A stretch of 64,000 nt of DNA, taken from the NCBI GenBank assembly GCA_013334755.1, contig JAAXWX010000001.1:35920-99919 (forward strand), in the 5' to 3' direction. The translations under genes were made by a program, and so were the position numbers. Positions 42,921-53,369 of this stretch are shown in pieces (position 1 is the stretch's first letter; each line of letters begins with the position of its first letter). The DNA is from Chlorobiaceae bacterium. Lineage in GTDB: Bacteria > Bacteroidota > Chlorobiia > Chlorobiales > Chlorobiaceae. The notes below the pieces were generated by a model. That model had not been told where the DNA came from, made no database searches, and saw only the letters and a list, made by a program, of their open reading frames with translations.

Positions 42921-43895
42921 ATGGAAAAGACAAAAATCAGTTATAAAGAACTTGGGCTGTGCAACAGCCGGGAACTTTTCAAAAAAGCTGTGACAGGCGG
43001 TTACGCAATCCCGGCATACAACTTCAACAACCTTGAGCAGATGCAGGCCATTATTCTCGCCTGTGCTGAAACCAACTCTCCCGTTATTCTGCAGGTCTCT
43101 AAAGGAGCCAGAAGCTATGCAAACGAAACCTTGCTGCGCTATCTCGCCCAGGGTGCTGTTGCCTATGCAGAAGAACTTGGCAGCCCTATCCCCATTGTCC
43201 TTCATCTGGATCACGGTGACAGTTTTGAGCTTTGCAAGGATTGTATCGATTCTGGATTCTCTTCGGTGATGATTGACGGCTCACACCTCCCGTATGAAGA
43301 AAACATTGAACTGACCAAAAAAGTTGTCGCCTATGCACATCAGTACGATGTCACCGTTGAGGGTGAGCTCGGCGTACTTGCAGGCATTGAAGACGAGGTT
43401 TCGGCGGCACACCATACCTACACGCAACCGGAAGAGGTTGAGGACTTTGTGGCAAAAACAGGCGTTGACAGTCTTGCCATTTCCATCGGTACTTCACATG
43501 GCGCTTTCAAGTTCAAGCCAGGTGAGGATCCAAAAATCCGTCTCGATATTCTTACCGAAATTGAACACCGTATCCCTGGATTTCCTATCGTGTTGCACGG
43601 CTCCTCTTCCGTCCCGCAGGATCTTGTAAAGACCATCAATGAGCATGGCGGAAAACTGAAAGATGCGATCGGTATCAGTGAAGATCAGCTTCGCCTCGCA
43701 GCGAAATCAGCTGTGTGCAAAATCAATATCGATTCTGACGGCCGGCTTGCCATGACTGCTGCCATCCGCAAAGTGCTTGATGAAAAACCTGAAGAGTTCG
43801 ATCCAAGAAAATATCTTGGACCAGCCCGTGATGCTCTCAAAAAACTTTACGTCCACAAGATCATCAACGTTTTAGGCTCAAACGGAAAGGCATAA
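42921..43895 (+). CDS. fba: Fructose-bisphosphate aldolase class II
   Basis: IPAYNFNN, LHLDHG, SVMIDGS, VEGELG, SIGTSHG, VLHGSS, KINIDSD. Confidence 0.97.
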   Translation: MEKTKISYKELGLCNSRELFKKAVTGGYAIPAYNFNNLEQMQAIILACAETNSPVILQVSKGARSYANETLLRYLAQGAVAYAEELGSPIPIVLHLDHGDSFELCKDCIDSGFSSVMIDGSHLPYEENIELTKKVVAYAHQYDVTVEGELGVLAGIEDEVSAAHHTYTQPEEVEDFVAKTGVDSLAISIGTSHGAFKFKPGEDPKIRLDILTEIEHRIPGFPIVLHGSSSVPQDLVKTINEHGGKLKDAIGISEDQLRLAAKSAVCKINIDSDGRLAMTAAIRKVLDEKPEEFDPRKYLGPARDALKKLYVHKIINVLGSNGKA

Positions 43896-43910
43896 TTTTT
43901 CAGTTTTAAT

Positions 43911-43940
43911 AAAAAAAGGCGTCTATGGGCGCCTTTTTTT
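43911..43940. terminator. Bidirectional terminator between fba and the amidohydrolase
   Basis: aaaaaaaggcgtc-tatg-ggcgccttttttt. Confidence 0.85.
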
Positions 43941-43980
43941 ATGTCCAGTCGAGCCTGTGAGAACATTCTCAAAGAAATCT

Positions 43981-45198
43981 TCAAGAAAATTGAAGAAGGC
44001 GGATAGCTGCATAGGCAAGCAATCCACTACCGGTTTCAAGGGCGCGCTCCTCGGGATTGAATGTTGGAGAATGCAGTGTGTTGCTTTTGTCGTGTTCCCG
44101 GGTTCCTGTACCAATTTGCCAGAATGTTCCCGGACACTCCTGAAGGTAGTAGGCAAAATCCTCCGCCGTCATGATCGGTTCACTCTCAAGTACATTATCC
44201 TTTCCGAGATACTCCGTGCAAATAACCTCTGCCTGTTCGGTAACAGCGGGATCGTTATAGAGTACCGGATAGCCTTTTCTGATTTCCACTTCACCTGCAA
44301 CTCCAAGTCCTTCTGCAACATGCGAGACCGTCTGTCGAAGCTTCTCCTGGACCACGGAACGTACATTCTCGCTCATGGTTCTCATCGTCCCGGACATGGT
44401 TACCTGTCTCGGGATAACATTGGGCGCATTACCGCCATGAATGGATGCTATGGAAACAACAGCAGGTTCATGAGGTGGAACGACTCTGCTGACAAGATAC
44501 TGAGCTGCAGTAATAATATGAGCCGCAGCAAGTACAGGATCTGCAGCTTTATGAGGCGCCGAAGCATGCCCCCCCTGCCCTGTAACAGTAAAGTACAATT
44601 CATCGGCAGCAGCCATGAAGCTCCCTTTGCAAAGCGCAACTTTTCCTGTTTCAACATTGGGAAAACAATGCTGACCGATAATAACTGATGGTTTGAATTG
44701 CCTGAAAAGACCAGCATCAAGAAATGGTTTTGCCCCCCCGGGAGCTTTTTCCTCAGCTGGCTGAAAAACAAGAAGCACATCTCCTTCGAGCTGCTCTTTC
44801 ATTTCAACAAGTATTTTTGCTGCGCCCAGAAGCATTGCCGTATGCATATCATGTCCACACGCATGCATTTTTCCTGATTCCAGGGAACAGAAACCGTGCA
44901 AGTTTTCTTCGTTAAGTGGCAAAGCGTCAATATCGGCACGTAACGCGACAACGTTACCCTTGCTGGATTTATGCTCTCCATGAATTACTCCTACAACACC
45001 GGTTTCAAGCAGAGGCAGTTCAGGAGTTATGCCGAGTCCAAGAAGATAGTCGGATATCAAGGCTGTGGTCCTGACTTCTTCATAAGAGAGTTCCGGATGG
45101 AGATGAATATCCCTGCGCAGGGAAACAATTTCCTGATAAATCTCAGTTGCACGTTCCTGAATCCGTTGGGCAAGTCCGTCAGAGTGTTCGGTTTTCAT
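43981..45198 (-). CDS. M20D family amidohydrolase
   Basis: HPELSYEE, ALRADIDALP, MHACGHD, FQPAEE, GGHAS, AEDFAYY, LHSPTF. Confidence 0.93.
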   Translation of the reverse strand: MKTEHSDGLAQRIQERATEIYQEIVSLRRDIHLHPELSYEEVRTTALISDYLLGLGITPELPLLETGVVGVIHGEHKSSKGNVVALRADIDALPLNEENLHGFCSLESGKMHACGHDMHTAMLLGAAKILVEMKEQLEGDVLLVFQPAEEKAPGGAKPFLDAGLFRQFKPSVIIGQHCFPNVETGKVALCKGSFMAAADELYFTVTGQGGHASAPHKAADPVLAAAHIITAAQYLVSRVVPPHEPAVVSIASIHGGNAPNVIPRQVTMSGTMRTMSENVRSVVQEKLRQTVSHVAEGLGVAGEVEIRKGYPVLYNDPAVTEQAEVICTEYLGKDNVLESEPIMTAEDFAYYLQECPGTFWQIGTGTREHDKSNTLHSPTFNPEERALETGSGLLAYAAIRLLQFS

Positions 45199-45573
45199 AC
45201 ATATAATTAATTTTTATAACGACATACAAACATATCGTCACAACAAAACAGCCAGTACCCCTTTTCGCACTGGCATAAGCTGACCTCATACAAACAATTT
45301 GCTATCACACTTATCCCTGCTTCGTAATTAAAGCATATTTCATATCAACCGTAGATTTTTTTAAAGAGATACAGAAATATGTATTAGGTGCGGAATGTTG
45401 TTGTGTAAAACCTCTTGAAAACCGGTTTAATGTGAGAAACGAAAGCTCAGCATCTCCCCCCATTCATGAAGCTTCAGAACGAATGTAAATATAAGAATTT
45501 ACTTTTTCATGCGCTCAATAACTTGTGCCCGTTGCCCGCATGATTTATCCTTGAGTGCAATAACAGGTATAAC

Positions 45574-45600
45574 AAAACCCCGTTGGTGTACCGGGGTTTT
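45574..45600 (-). terminator. Terminator downstream of the small lipoprotein
   Basis: aaaaccccg-N9-cggggtttt hairpin about 24 nt after the stop. Confidence 0.8.
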
Positions 45601-45623
45601 GCAGAGATTGATCTGTCTTTACA

Positions 45624-45815
45624 TCAGCGTCCGCGATATTCATCACCCTGAACCGGAAGCGATCCGGGGGCCTGATTCTGAATTTGTTCACGACGTTGCG
45701 GATCACGATCGCGTCTGTCGCGATCATGCCTGTCACGATCACGTCTTCCACCTTCATCCAGATAGGCGCAACCCGCAAATAATAAAATCATTGCAAATAC
45801 AACTGCCTTTTTCAT
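45624..45815 (-). CDS. Small Arg/Asp-rich lipoprotein
   Basis: MKK..hydrophobic..LFAGC lipobox, (RD)-rich tract, own terminator. Confidence 0.65.
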   Translation of the reverse strand: MKKAVVFAMILLFAGCAYLDEGGRRDRDRHDRDRRDRDPQRREQIQNQAPGSLPVQGDEYRGR

Positions 45816-46019
45816 GGTTTTCTCCTTGAGATTTATATAATATCAACACCTTAATACAGGTAAGTTTTAACCAACGCCGACAAGCATTAGTTCCTCTTTT
45901 TATTAATGATCTTAAGGCTGAATGCGCCAGCATACAGCATAACAGTATGATCATAAATTTGCACTCAAAGATAGGGGCAGCGAACGTATGATCCAGGTAG
46001 TTTCAGAACGTATATTTCG

Positions 46020-46706
46020 TCACATATCCATAAAATGGATGAACTCAAGAGCCTTTTCTCTCAGGTCATCATCTTTTTCCTTGAAAAATGGTGACGTGTA
46101 ACGGATGACATAGCCATATTTTTCAAGATTTTTTACCAGACGAAAAAGATCATGTGTCTGAAGCCTGAAGGTGATAACGGTACCTTCACCTTCCGGGGCA
46201 GCAGGGTACATGCCGAAACTCAGCACGGTTGCATCGTTTTTTTCAAGGGCAGCAATAACCTCCGAGACTTTCAGGTCAGACGACGGCACATCCAGTTCAA
46301 GGGTCACTGCCTCTTCACCCAGATGAAAAATTGCAGCAAGACGCTCAAGAAGGAGAACTTTTTCAATAACACCGGCATACCTCCCTTCCATATCAGATAC
46401 AGGAATGAGAGGGAAAGAAAAGTCGCGTATCCGTGAAAAAATATCGAACAGATGTTCATGGAGTCCGATAATTGCAGCCTTTTCAAGGTTCAACTCTCTC
46501 AGAGTGACACCGGGTTTATTTTTTGAGTGCAACAGCAAAAGATCCGTTATTGTCACCATGGAGATGATTTGTTCCTCATGCAGGACGGGTGCGCATGAAC
46601 ACCTTTTTTCCTGCATAAGGACAAGAACCTCCCTGGCTGATGCATCATCTGCAAAAACCGGACAGGTTGTATCAAGATTACTCTTTATATAGTCGGTTAA
46701 CAGCAT
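46020..46706 (-). CDS. CBS-domain protein (AcuB-like; CBS pair plus ACT-like C-terminus)
   Basis: CBS pair (APVLHEEQIISMV, IPVSDMEGRYAGVI); L...LEKYGY.I C-terminus; overlaps rpiB. Confidence 0.8.
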   Translation of the reverse strand: MLLTDYIKSNLDTTCPVFADDASAREVLVLMQEKRCSCAPVLHEEQIISMVTITDLLLLHSKNKPGVTLRELNLEKAAIIGLHEHLFDIFSRIRDFSFPLIPVSDMEGRYAGVIEKVLLLERLAAIFHLGEEAVTLELDVPSSDLKVSEVIAALEKNDATVLSFGMYPAAPEGEGTVITFRLQTHDLFRLVKNLEKYGYVIRYTSPFFKEKDDDLREKALEFIHFMDM

Positions 46707-47131
46707 GGTTCGATTTTGTTCACTCTTCGTTCGTGCCTCCCGCCTTCAAATTCGGTGGTAAACCAGTTATGAAGACTTTTCTCAATAGTGGCTTTATCGG
46801 TGAAGCGCGCAGCGAAACAGATAATATTGGCATTATTATGTTGTCGGGCAAGTATGGCGAATTCCGGATTGCAGGCAACTGCCGCACGAATACCCTTGAT
46901 TTTATTTGCGGAAATAGAAACACCAATTCCGGTGCCACACAACAGAATTCCTGAATCGTACTCCCCTTCTGCAACTGCCTTGCCGACTTTTCGGGCATAA
47001 TCGGGATAATCCACCGAATCTTCATTATACGGCCCCATATCGTTGAACTCATAACCATTTTTTTCAAGCCAGTCAGTAACTGTTTTCTTGAATTCAACGC
47101 CGGCATGATCACTTCCAACTGCAATTTTCAT
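46697..47131 (-). CDS. rpiB: Ribose-5-phosphate isomerase B
   Basis: GSDHAG, SVDYPDY, LCGTGIG, ANKIKGIRA, HNNAN, FEGGRHERR. Confidence 0.97.
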   Translation of the reverse strand: MKIAVGSDHAGVEFKKTVTDWLEKNGYEFNDMGPYNEDSVDYPDYARKVGKAVAEGEYDSGILLCGTGIGVSISANKIKGIRAAVACNPEFAILARQHNNANIICFAARFTDKATIEKSLHNWFTTEFEGGRHERRVNKIEPCC

Positions 47132-47149
47132 AATTGATTCAGATTAAAT

Positions 47150-49276
47150 TTACATGATTTTTTTTTTCTGACTGGTACGGGATAAAAAGAGAACCTGACT
47201 GTTCACTTTCGGGGATGCATTGTTGATCTTTGAATAGACGCCATCGGCGTTCATCTGCCAGGCCTTGACATTGTCGCTCAGAATCAGATCAAGATCAGAT
47301 TTGACAAGCTGGATAAACCCTTTATCAAATACCGGAAAGAGGGTTTCAACCCGGTCGTCAAGGTTTCTCGGCATGATATCAGCACTTCCAAGATAGAGCT
47401 CTTCTTTTCCTCCATTATGAAAGTAGTATGCTCTGCTGTGCTCAAGAAAACGTCCGATGACGCTGATGACCCTGATATGTTCACTGACTCCCGGGATTCC
47501 CGGTTTCAGGCAGCAGATTCCCCGGATTATAAGATCGATCTTAACGCCTTCACCTGATGCGTTGTAGAGCGCACGAATGGTTTTTGCATCCACCAGGGCA
47601 TTCATTTTCATGATTATTCTTCCCTTCCTCTCCTTCCGGTTCAATTCGACCTCCCTTTCTATCATCTCGATAATCCTTTTCCGGGTATTGATCGGTGAAA
47701 CAAGGAGCTTTCTGTACTCCGTATGTTTTGAATATCCGGTCAAGGCATTGAACAGTTCCGCAACATCGTTGGCAAGCTGCTCGTTTGCCGTAAAAAGACT
47801 GTAATCTGTATATATCTTTCCGGTGGCCGGGTTGTAGTTCCCGGTACCAAGATGGAGATACCGCTTCAGCTTCTGTTGCTCTCGACGAACTATCAAGGTA
47901 AGCTTTGCATGGGTTTTCAATCCCGGAAGACCGTAGGCAACATGCGCTCCGACATCTTCAAGTGCACGGGCCCAGACAATATTGTTCTCTTCATCAAACC
48001 TTGCCTTGAGTTCAACCAGCACGGCAACCTGTTTACCCTCTTCAGCGGCTTTCATCAATGCCTGGACTATCGGAGAGTTACTTCCAACCCTGTACAATGT
48101 CTGCTTGATCGAAAGTACATCGGGATCAACTGCTGCCTGATTGATAAAATCGACAACAGGCTGAAACGAGTCATAAGGATGGTAGAGCAGCTGATCTTTG
48201 GCTTTTATGGCGCTGAAAATATCGGTATCGAACTGCTCGGCGATCCGGTTATTGGGTACAAAAGGCTCATCTTTCAAATCCGGACGGTCAATTTTCAGTA
48301 TGTCCAGAAGACAGCTCATCCCAAGCGTACCATCTATTTCATAGACGTTTCGTTCGGTTACTTCAAGATTTTTCATGAGCAGTTTTCTGACCGAAAGAGG
48401 CATTGCCGGGGTAATATCAAGTCTTACAACTTTCCCATAGCGTTGTGAGCGGATTCCCTGTTCAATGGTTTCAAGCAGATCCCCCGCCTCGTCCTCCTCT
48501 ATTTCAATGTCAGCATCACGGATCAATCTGAAAAGATGTGACTGAATAATCCTCATTTTCGGAAACAGCTGCGCCAGATTGTTTTCAATAAGATCTTCGA
48601 GCCAAAGAAGCCTTATGATGCCGTCATCATTAAAACCCTTGATATCATTAAGCCAGAGAAGTCTTGGAAGAATACTCGGAACCTTCACACGGGCAAACTT
48701 CAAGGTTTTACTTTCCTCGTCTTCCAGTTCGATAGCAAGGTTCAGCGACAGGTTGGACATGAAAGGAAACGGATGACCGGTATCAAATGCCAGCGGGGTC
48801 AGTACCGGATAGATCTCCTTCCGGAAATAGTGACTCAAGGCCCTCTGCTGCTGTACAGAGAGTTCGGCAACTCGAAGGAATACTATGCCTTTATGTTGCA
48901 ATGCCGGCAGCAGATCATGATAAAAACACTCGTTCCTTTCGCTGAGCTGCTGCAGCACCATCATTCGGATTTTTTCGAGCTGTTCAGATGGGGTAAGGCC
49001 ATCAATTGTCCGATCCTGAATGCCGGCTTCATACTGATCCTCAATACCGGCAACGCGGATCATGAAATATTCATCAAGGTTTGAACTGAAAATGGAAATG
49101 AATTTTACCCGTTCAAGAAGCGGGTGCGCGTCAGGATCAAGTGCCTCTTCAAGTACACGCTGATTGAAATAGATCCAGCTCAGCTCCCTGTTGACATAAA
49201 AAGAGGTGTCAAATAGATCCGGAAGCAATTCCCCCTTGCCGTTGTTTTCAGTTCCTGTCGGCATAAAAAGCATCAA
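47150..49276 (-). CDS. ppk1: Polyphosphate kinase 1
   Basis: [65 protein letters not shown]. Confidence 0.98.
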   Translation of the reverse strand: MMLFMPTGTENNGKGELLPDLFDTSFYVNRELSWIYFNQRVLEEALDPDAHPLLERVKFISIFSSNLDEYFMIRVAGIEDQYEAGIQDRTIDGLTPSEQLEKIRMMVLQQLSERNECFYHDLLPALQHKGIVFLRVAELSVQQQRALSHYFRKEIYPVLTPLAFDTGHPFPFMSNLSLNLAIELEDEESKTLKFARVKVPSILPRLLWLNDIKGFNDDGIIRLLWLEDLIENNLAQLFPKMRIIQSHLFRLIRDADIEIEEDEAGDLLETIEQGIRSQRYGKVVRLDITPAMPLSVRKLLMKNLEVTERNVYEIDGTLGMSCLLDILKIDRPDLKDEPFVPNNRIAEQFDTDIFSAIKAKDQLLYHPYDSFQPVVDFINQAAVDPDVLSIKQTLYRVGSNSPIVQALMKAAEEGKQVAVLVELKARFDEENNIVWARALEDVGAHVAYGLPGLKTHAKLTLIVRREQQKLKRYLHLGTGNYNPATGKIYTDYSLFTANEQLANDVAELFNALTGYSKHTEYRKLLVSPINTRKRIIEMIEREVELNRKERKGRIIMKMNALVDAKTIRALYNASGEGVKIDLIIRGICCLKPGIPGVSEHIRVISVIGRFLEHSRAYYFHNGGKEELYLGSADIMPRNLDDRVETLFPVFDKGFIQLVKSDLDLILSDNVKAWQMNADGVYSKINNASPKVNSQVLFLSRTSQKKKIM

Positions 49277-49905
49277 AGATTAGCGTTGAATCGAATAATT
49301 CCGAGTTCATGAACTGCTCCATCAAGCGGCACATCCCAGGGATCTGCCAGAACCGCATCAACCATCTGCATGCTGAAGGCAAGTCCAATGCGGCATGGGC
49401 GAATACCATGAAGCAAAAGCCGATGGAGAAAACGGTCATAAAAACCTTTACCATAACCGACCCGATATCCATTTCTGTCAAAGGCAACAAGAGGCATCAG
49501 CACAACATCAAGACAAGATTCATCCACCTTCACAACTGCTTCAGGCTCAGGTTGCCCGAATTGTGCAAGCCTGACAGGGTCTCCTTTTCGATAAGCTGCA
49601 GAAAAGAGATCACTCTTCTGTATTACAGGAACCGATAACTCTTTACCCATTGCATCCAATGCTTCAAGAATAGGTACGGTAGAAACTTCTGCCTGTCCCG
49701 GAATGGAAAGATAGACATGAATATGACGGGCTGAGATTACTTCAGGCAATGCTTTTACATAACCGGCAATCACCATGCTCATTGCTCTCCTGGTTTCTTC
49801 CGGGAGCATCCCTCTTCGAGCTATCATCCCGGCTCTGACGCCTTCTTTTTCAACAGCAATACCTGCATTACCATCCATGGGTTTCCATCGATTCATAGCG
49901 GCCAA
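49273..49905 (-). CDS. 5-formyltetrahydrofolate cyclo-ligase
   Basis: [34 protein letters not shown]. Confidence 0.93.
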   Translation of the reverse strand: MAAMNRWKPMDGNAGIAVEKEGVRAGMIARRGMLPEETRRAMSMVIAGYVKALPEVISARHIHVYLSIPGQAEVSTVPILEALDAMGKELSVPVIQKSDLFSAAYRKGDPVRLAQFGQPEPEAVVKVDESCLDVVLMPLVAFDRNGYRVGYGKGFYDRFLHRLLLHGIRPCRIGLAFSMQMVDAVLADPWDVPLDGAVHELGIIRFNANL

Positions 49906-50082
49906 TCAATACTTCATGATACCGTTCAAACAATATTCAAGAGATACTTTACATTATAAAACGTAAAATAATAAAATAGAGTTCTTTCCCTTTATTCCGC
50001 TTATTGCGGCACTGCAATTCTCTCATGTCATAATATGCACTGCTCAAATCAGTTATACTAACTCAACAACCATTTCAACAGC

Positions 50083-50802
50083 ATGCAAAGCCTGATCAAT
50101 CGCAAAACCATTTCACCCGGTGCCATTTATTGTGTCGGAAAAAACTATCCGGAACACGCAAAGGAAATGGAACTGCTTGAGAGTAAAATATTGCAAACCC
50201 GGACTGACAATATTTCTGAACCGATTATCTTCATGAAACCCCCAACAGCCCTTGAAACGGATGGAGTTATTGTGATGCCCGCATTTCAAGGCAACCCACT
50301 TTCGACAAACATGCATTATGAGGCTGAACTGGTGCTGCTTGTCGGGAAATCAAGTGACGGGTGTACCCTCGAAGAGGCTCCGGACTATATCCGTGGTTAC
50401 GGTGTCGGCCTCGACATGACGCTGAGGGATGAACAACTTGCTGCAAAAAAAGCAGGGAATCCTTGGCTGAAAAGCAAAGGATTCAGGAAAAGCGCACTGA
50501 TTTCAGATTTTGTGCCCTTCAATCAACATGACTTTCCTCTTGATATCGAAATATCGCTTGAGCTGAACGGATTACTGGTACAGCATGGTGCTGTATCGGA
50601 TATGCTGCATTCACCGGCCATGCTTATTCATTATTTGTCGTATCTTTACGGACTGCGCAGCGGTGATCTGATTTTTACCGGAACACCGGCAGGTGTCGGA
50701 CCGGTGACATCAGGAGATACTTTGAAAGCACTGATTTTCCTGCCTGAGTTTATCGGCCGGGAACGTCAGGAGCTCGCTGAACTGAGGGCAAGGGTTGACT
50801 AA
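50083..50802 (+). CDS. Fumarylacetoacetate hydrolase family protein
   Basis: CVGKNYPEH, FMKP, HYEAELV, GLDMTLRD, DLIFTGTPAGVG. Confidence 0.93.
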   Translation: MQSLINRKTISPGAIYCVGKNYPEHAKEMELLESKILQTRTDNISEPIIFMKPPTALETDGVIVMPAFQGNPLSTNMHYEAELVLLVGKSSDGCTLEEAPDYIRGYGVGLDMTLRDEQLAAKKAGNPWLKSKGFRKSALISDFVPFNQHDFPLDIEISLELNGLLVQHGAVSDMLHSPAMLIHYLSYLYGLRSGDLIFTGTPAGVGPVTSGDTLKALIFLPEFIGRERQELAELRARVD

Positions 50803-50825
50803 CATTATAAAATTTAATCAGAGCC

Positions 50826-52154
50826 ATGAGTTATATTTTTCAGCAGGCACATCTTATCAATCCTCTTGAGCATCTTGATCGAACCGGAACAATAAAAGTT
50901 TCCGATAACGGAATAATTGAAGCTGTCATATTTGGCAATGAGCCTCTTGAGACATCTTCCCTGGACAAAGTAATTGATATGAGAGGCAAGATACTTGCTC
51001 CGGGGCTTTTCGATATGCATTGCCATTTCAGGGAACCAGGTCAGGAATACAAGGAAACACTTGAAAGCGGCTCAAAAGCGGCAGCCGCCGGCGGGTTTAC
51101 CGGCGTTGCCCTTATGCCGAACACAAAACCCGTTATCGACAGTCCGCTTGGTGTTGCCTATATCCGACATCACAGCGCAAAACTTCCCGTCGATCTTGAG
51201 GTAATCGGAGCCATGACGGTTGAAAGCAAAGGGGAACACCTTGCTCCGTTTGGCAAGTTCCATTCTTATGGAGTCACAGCAGTCTCAGATGATGGTTCGG
51301 CCATCCAGAACAGCCAGATCATGCGGCTTGCCTTTGAATACGCATCAAACTTTGATCTTCTTATCATTCAGCACTGTGAAGAGCGGTCGCTTACGGTTGG
51401 TGCGGTCATGAATGAAGGACTGTTTTCAACAAAACTCGGCCTGAAAGGCATCCCTGACGTCTCCGAAGCTATTATGCTCAGCCGGGATCTTCTTCTTATG
51501 CACTATCTTGAACAGCATAAACTGCACGACCCGCTCAGAAGACCCCGTTATCATGTCGCCCATATCAGCACAAAAGCTGCACTTGATCTTGTCAGAAAGG
51601 CCAAGCTGGATGGATTGCAGGTTACCTGCGAAGTTACTCCCCATCATTTCACACTCTGTGATGAAGATCTGTTTCATGCTGAGCTGAAAGGTAATTATAT
51701 CATGAAACCGCCGCTTTCTTCCAGTGAGAATCGTGATGCGTTGCTTGAAGGCCTTGCTGACGGAACTATTGATGCCATAGCAACAGATCATGCACCCCAT
51801 GCCTCTCATGAAAAAGAGTGTCCATCCGACCAGGCAGCGTTTGGCATCATAGGGCTTGAAACCTCACTCGGCCTGACCATAACGGAACTTGTTGAGAAAA
51901 AAATTATCTCCATGACTCGTGCCATAGAACTGCTGTCAGTCAATCCACGAAACATCATGAAACTGAAGCCTGTTCTTTTCTCGCCGGGAGAAGTTGCGAA
52001 TTTCTCTATCATCGACCCTGATGCACAGTGGAGTGTAACTTCCAGCTCTTTGAAGTCGAAATCGTCAAATACTCCTTTTCTCAACCGTTCCCTGAAAGGA
52101 AAGGCTCTGGGTATCTTCCATAAGGGGGTATTTCATGAATCGTCAGTCCAGTAA
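50826..52154 (+). CDS. pyrC: Dihydroorotase
   Basis: DMHCHFREPG, MPNTKP, HVAHIST, EVTPHH, KPPL, ATDHAPH. Confidence 0.95.
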   Translation: MSYIFQQAHLINPLEHLDRTGTIKVSDNGIIEAVIFGNEPLETSSLDKVIDMRGKILAPGLFDMHCHFREPGQEYKETLESGSKAAAAGGFTGVALMPNTKPVIDSPLGVAYIRHHSAKLPVDLEVIGAMTVESKGEHLAPFGKFHSYGVTAVSDDGSAIQNSQIMRLAFEYASNFDLLIIQHCEERSLTVGAVMNEGLFSTKLGLKGIPDVSEAIMLSRDLLLMHYLEQHKLHDPLRRPRYHVAHISTKAALDLVRKAKLDGLQVTCEVTPHHFTLCDEDLFHAELKGNYIMKPPLSSSENRDALLEGLADGTIDAIATDHAPHASHEKECPSDQAAFGIIGLETSLGLTITELVEKKIISMTRAIELLSVNPRNIMKLKPVLFSPGEVANFSIIDPDAQWSVTSSSLKSKSSNTPFLNRSLKGKALGIFHKGVFHESSVQ

Positions 52155-52269
52155 GAACAATTCCATCAGCAGAAGGCTTGTTTATCGGATATATTTTTAT
52201 TACTTTCATGTTCATTTTGAGCAGAAATAACAGAACAGCGTCTTAACCTAAAGAACCACCTTACAAGTC

Positions 52270-52464
52270 ATGGCAAAGAAACAATCATTTGCGGATAAAG
52301 GCAAAAAAACCGGTACCAGTGATTTCAAGTGTGCCAAAGTTATTTTTTCTGTGAAATCAGAGAAAACCAATGCATGGAAATTTATTGAGAAGAACGTCCG
52401 GATCCCAAACGGGGAAAATGATCAAGTGATTCTTGCAAAAGCTATCACTGATTACGCAAAGTAA
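52270..52464 (+). CDS. Small basic protein, DUF4295/ribosomal protein bL38-like
   Basis: MAKK start and K(V/I)I..VKS.KT.A(W/Y).F.E pattern recalled from Bacteroidota DUF4295 proteins; followed by hairpin ggggcatc-gcgt-gatgccct. Confidence 0.6.
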   Translation: MAKKQSFADKGKKTGTSDFKCAKVIFSVKSEKTNAWKFIEKNVRIPNGENDQVILAKAITDYAK

Positions 52465-52541
52465 TCATACCGGATTCTTGCCTCGGGGCATCGCGTGATG
52501 CCCTGAATCTCTCCCCTCTGCTTTCTCATCTTTTTTCTCCC

Positions 52542-53336
52542 TTGGACATGGCTGACCATCCCGATAGCCCGCAAACAAACACACCATCAATCTGGTTTAA
52601 AGAGTGGTTTAACCATCCCCTCTACCTTGAAGTTTACAGTCACAGGAACAATGATGAAGCGGCAAGCTGTATTCAGACGATTCTCTCCCATACCGGCCTT
52701 GAACTGAAAGATCCTGCGTCGCTATCCATACTCGATATTGCCTGTGGGGCCGGACGACATGCCCTTGAACTCGCCCGACTCGGGTACACTGTCACAGGAA
52801 ATGACCTTTCACCATTTCTGCTTGAAGAAGCCAGAAAAGAGGCGTTAAACAACAAGCTGCAGCTAAAGCTTACTTGTTGCGACATGAGAAATATTCCTCC
52901 CTCAGGCCTTTTTGATCTTGTGGTTCAGCTTTTTACCAGCTTTGGCTATTTCGACCTGAAAGAAGATGATTTGTTAGTGCTCAGCAAGGCTTATGGTGCG
53001 CTTAAATACGGTGGATGGTATGTTCTGGACCTTCTTAATCCCTCTCCTCTTGCCCGAAATCTGGTTTCTCATTCCAGCAGAACCGTCGGCGACCTTACAA
53101 TCCTTGAAGAGCGTGCGTTTGATAATGACAGGATTACAAAACAGATTACCATTACCCCTCATGTTGGTGAAACGCTTATTTTTTCTGAGTCGGTCAGGCT
53201 TTACGGCAGAGAGGAAATCCAGGTAATGCTTCAGGGTGCCGGTTTTACAGTCGCTGAAATTACAGGCAACTATAATGGCGAACCATTCATTGAAAATGAT
53301 TCACCAAGGATGATGCTTTTTTGCCGGAAAAAATGA
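52542..53336 (+). CDS. Class I SAM-dependent methyltransferase
   Basis: WFKEWF, ILDIACGAGRH, CCDMR, LFTSFGYF, SPRMM. Confidence 0.9.
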   Translation: MDMADHPDSPQTNTPSIWFKEWFNHPLYLEVYSHRNNDEAASCIQTILSHTGLELKDPASLSILDIACGAGRHALELARLGYTVTGNDLSPFLLEEARKEALNNKLQLKLTCCDMRNIPPSGLFDLVVQLFTSFGYFDLKEDDLLVLSKAYGALKYGGWYVLDLLNPSPLARNLVSHSSRTVGDLTILEERAFDNDRITKQITITPHVGETLIFSESVRLYGREEIQVMLQGAGFTVAEITGNYNGEPFIENDSPRMMLFCRKK

Positions 53337-53369
53337 AATTTTTATATGCTTGATCCTGATGAGGGTCCG

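Noticed and set aside
49906-50082. 6S RNA upstream of the 5-formyl-THF cyclo-ligase (ssrS-ygfA arrangement)
   Set aside because: The interval is short, AT-rich and shared with a divergent promoter; no long irregular hairpin visible
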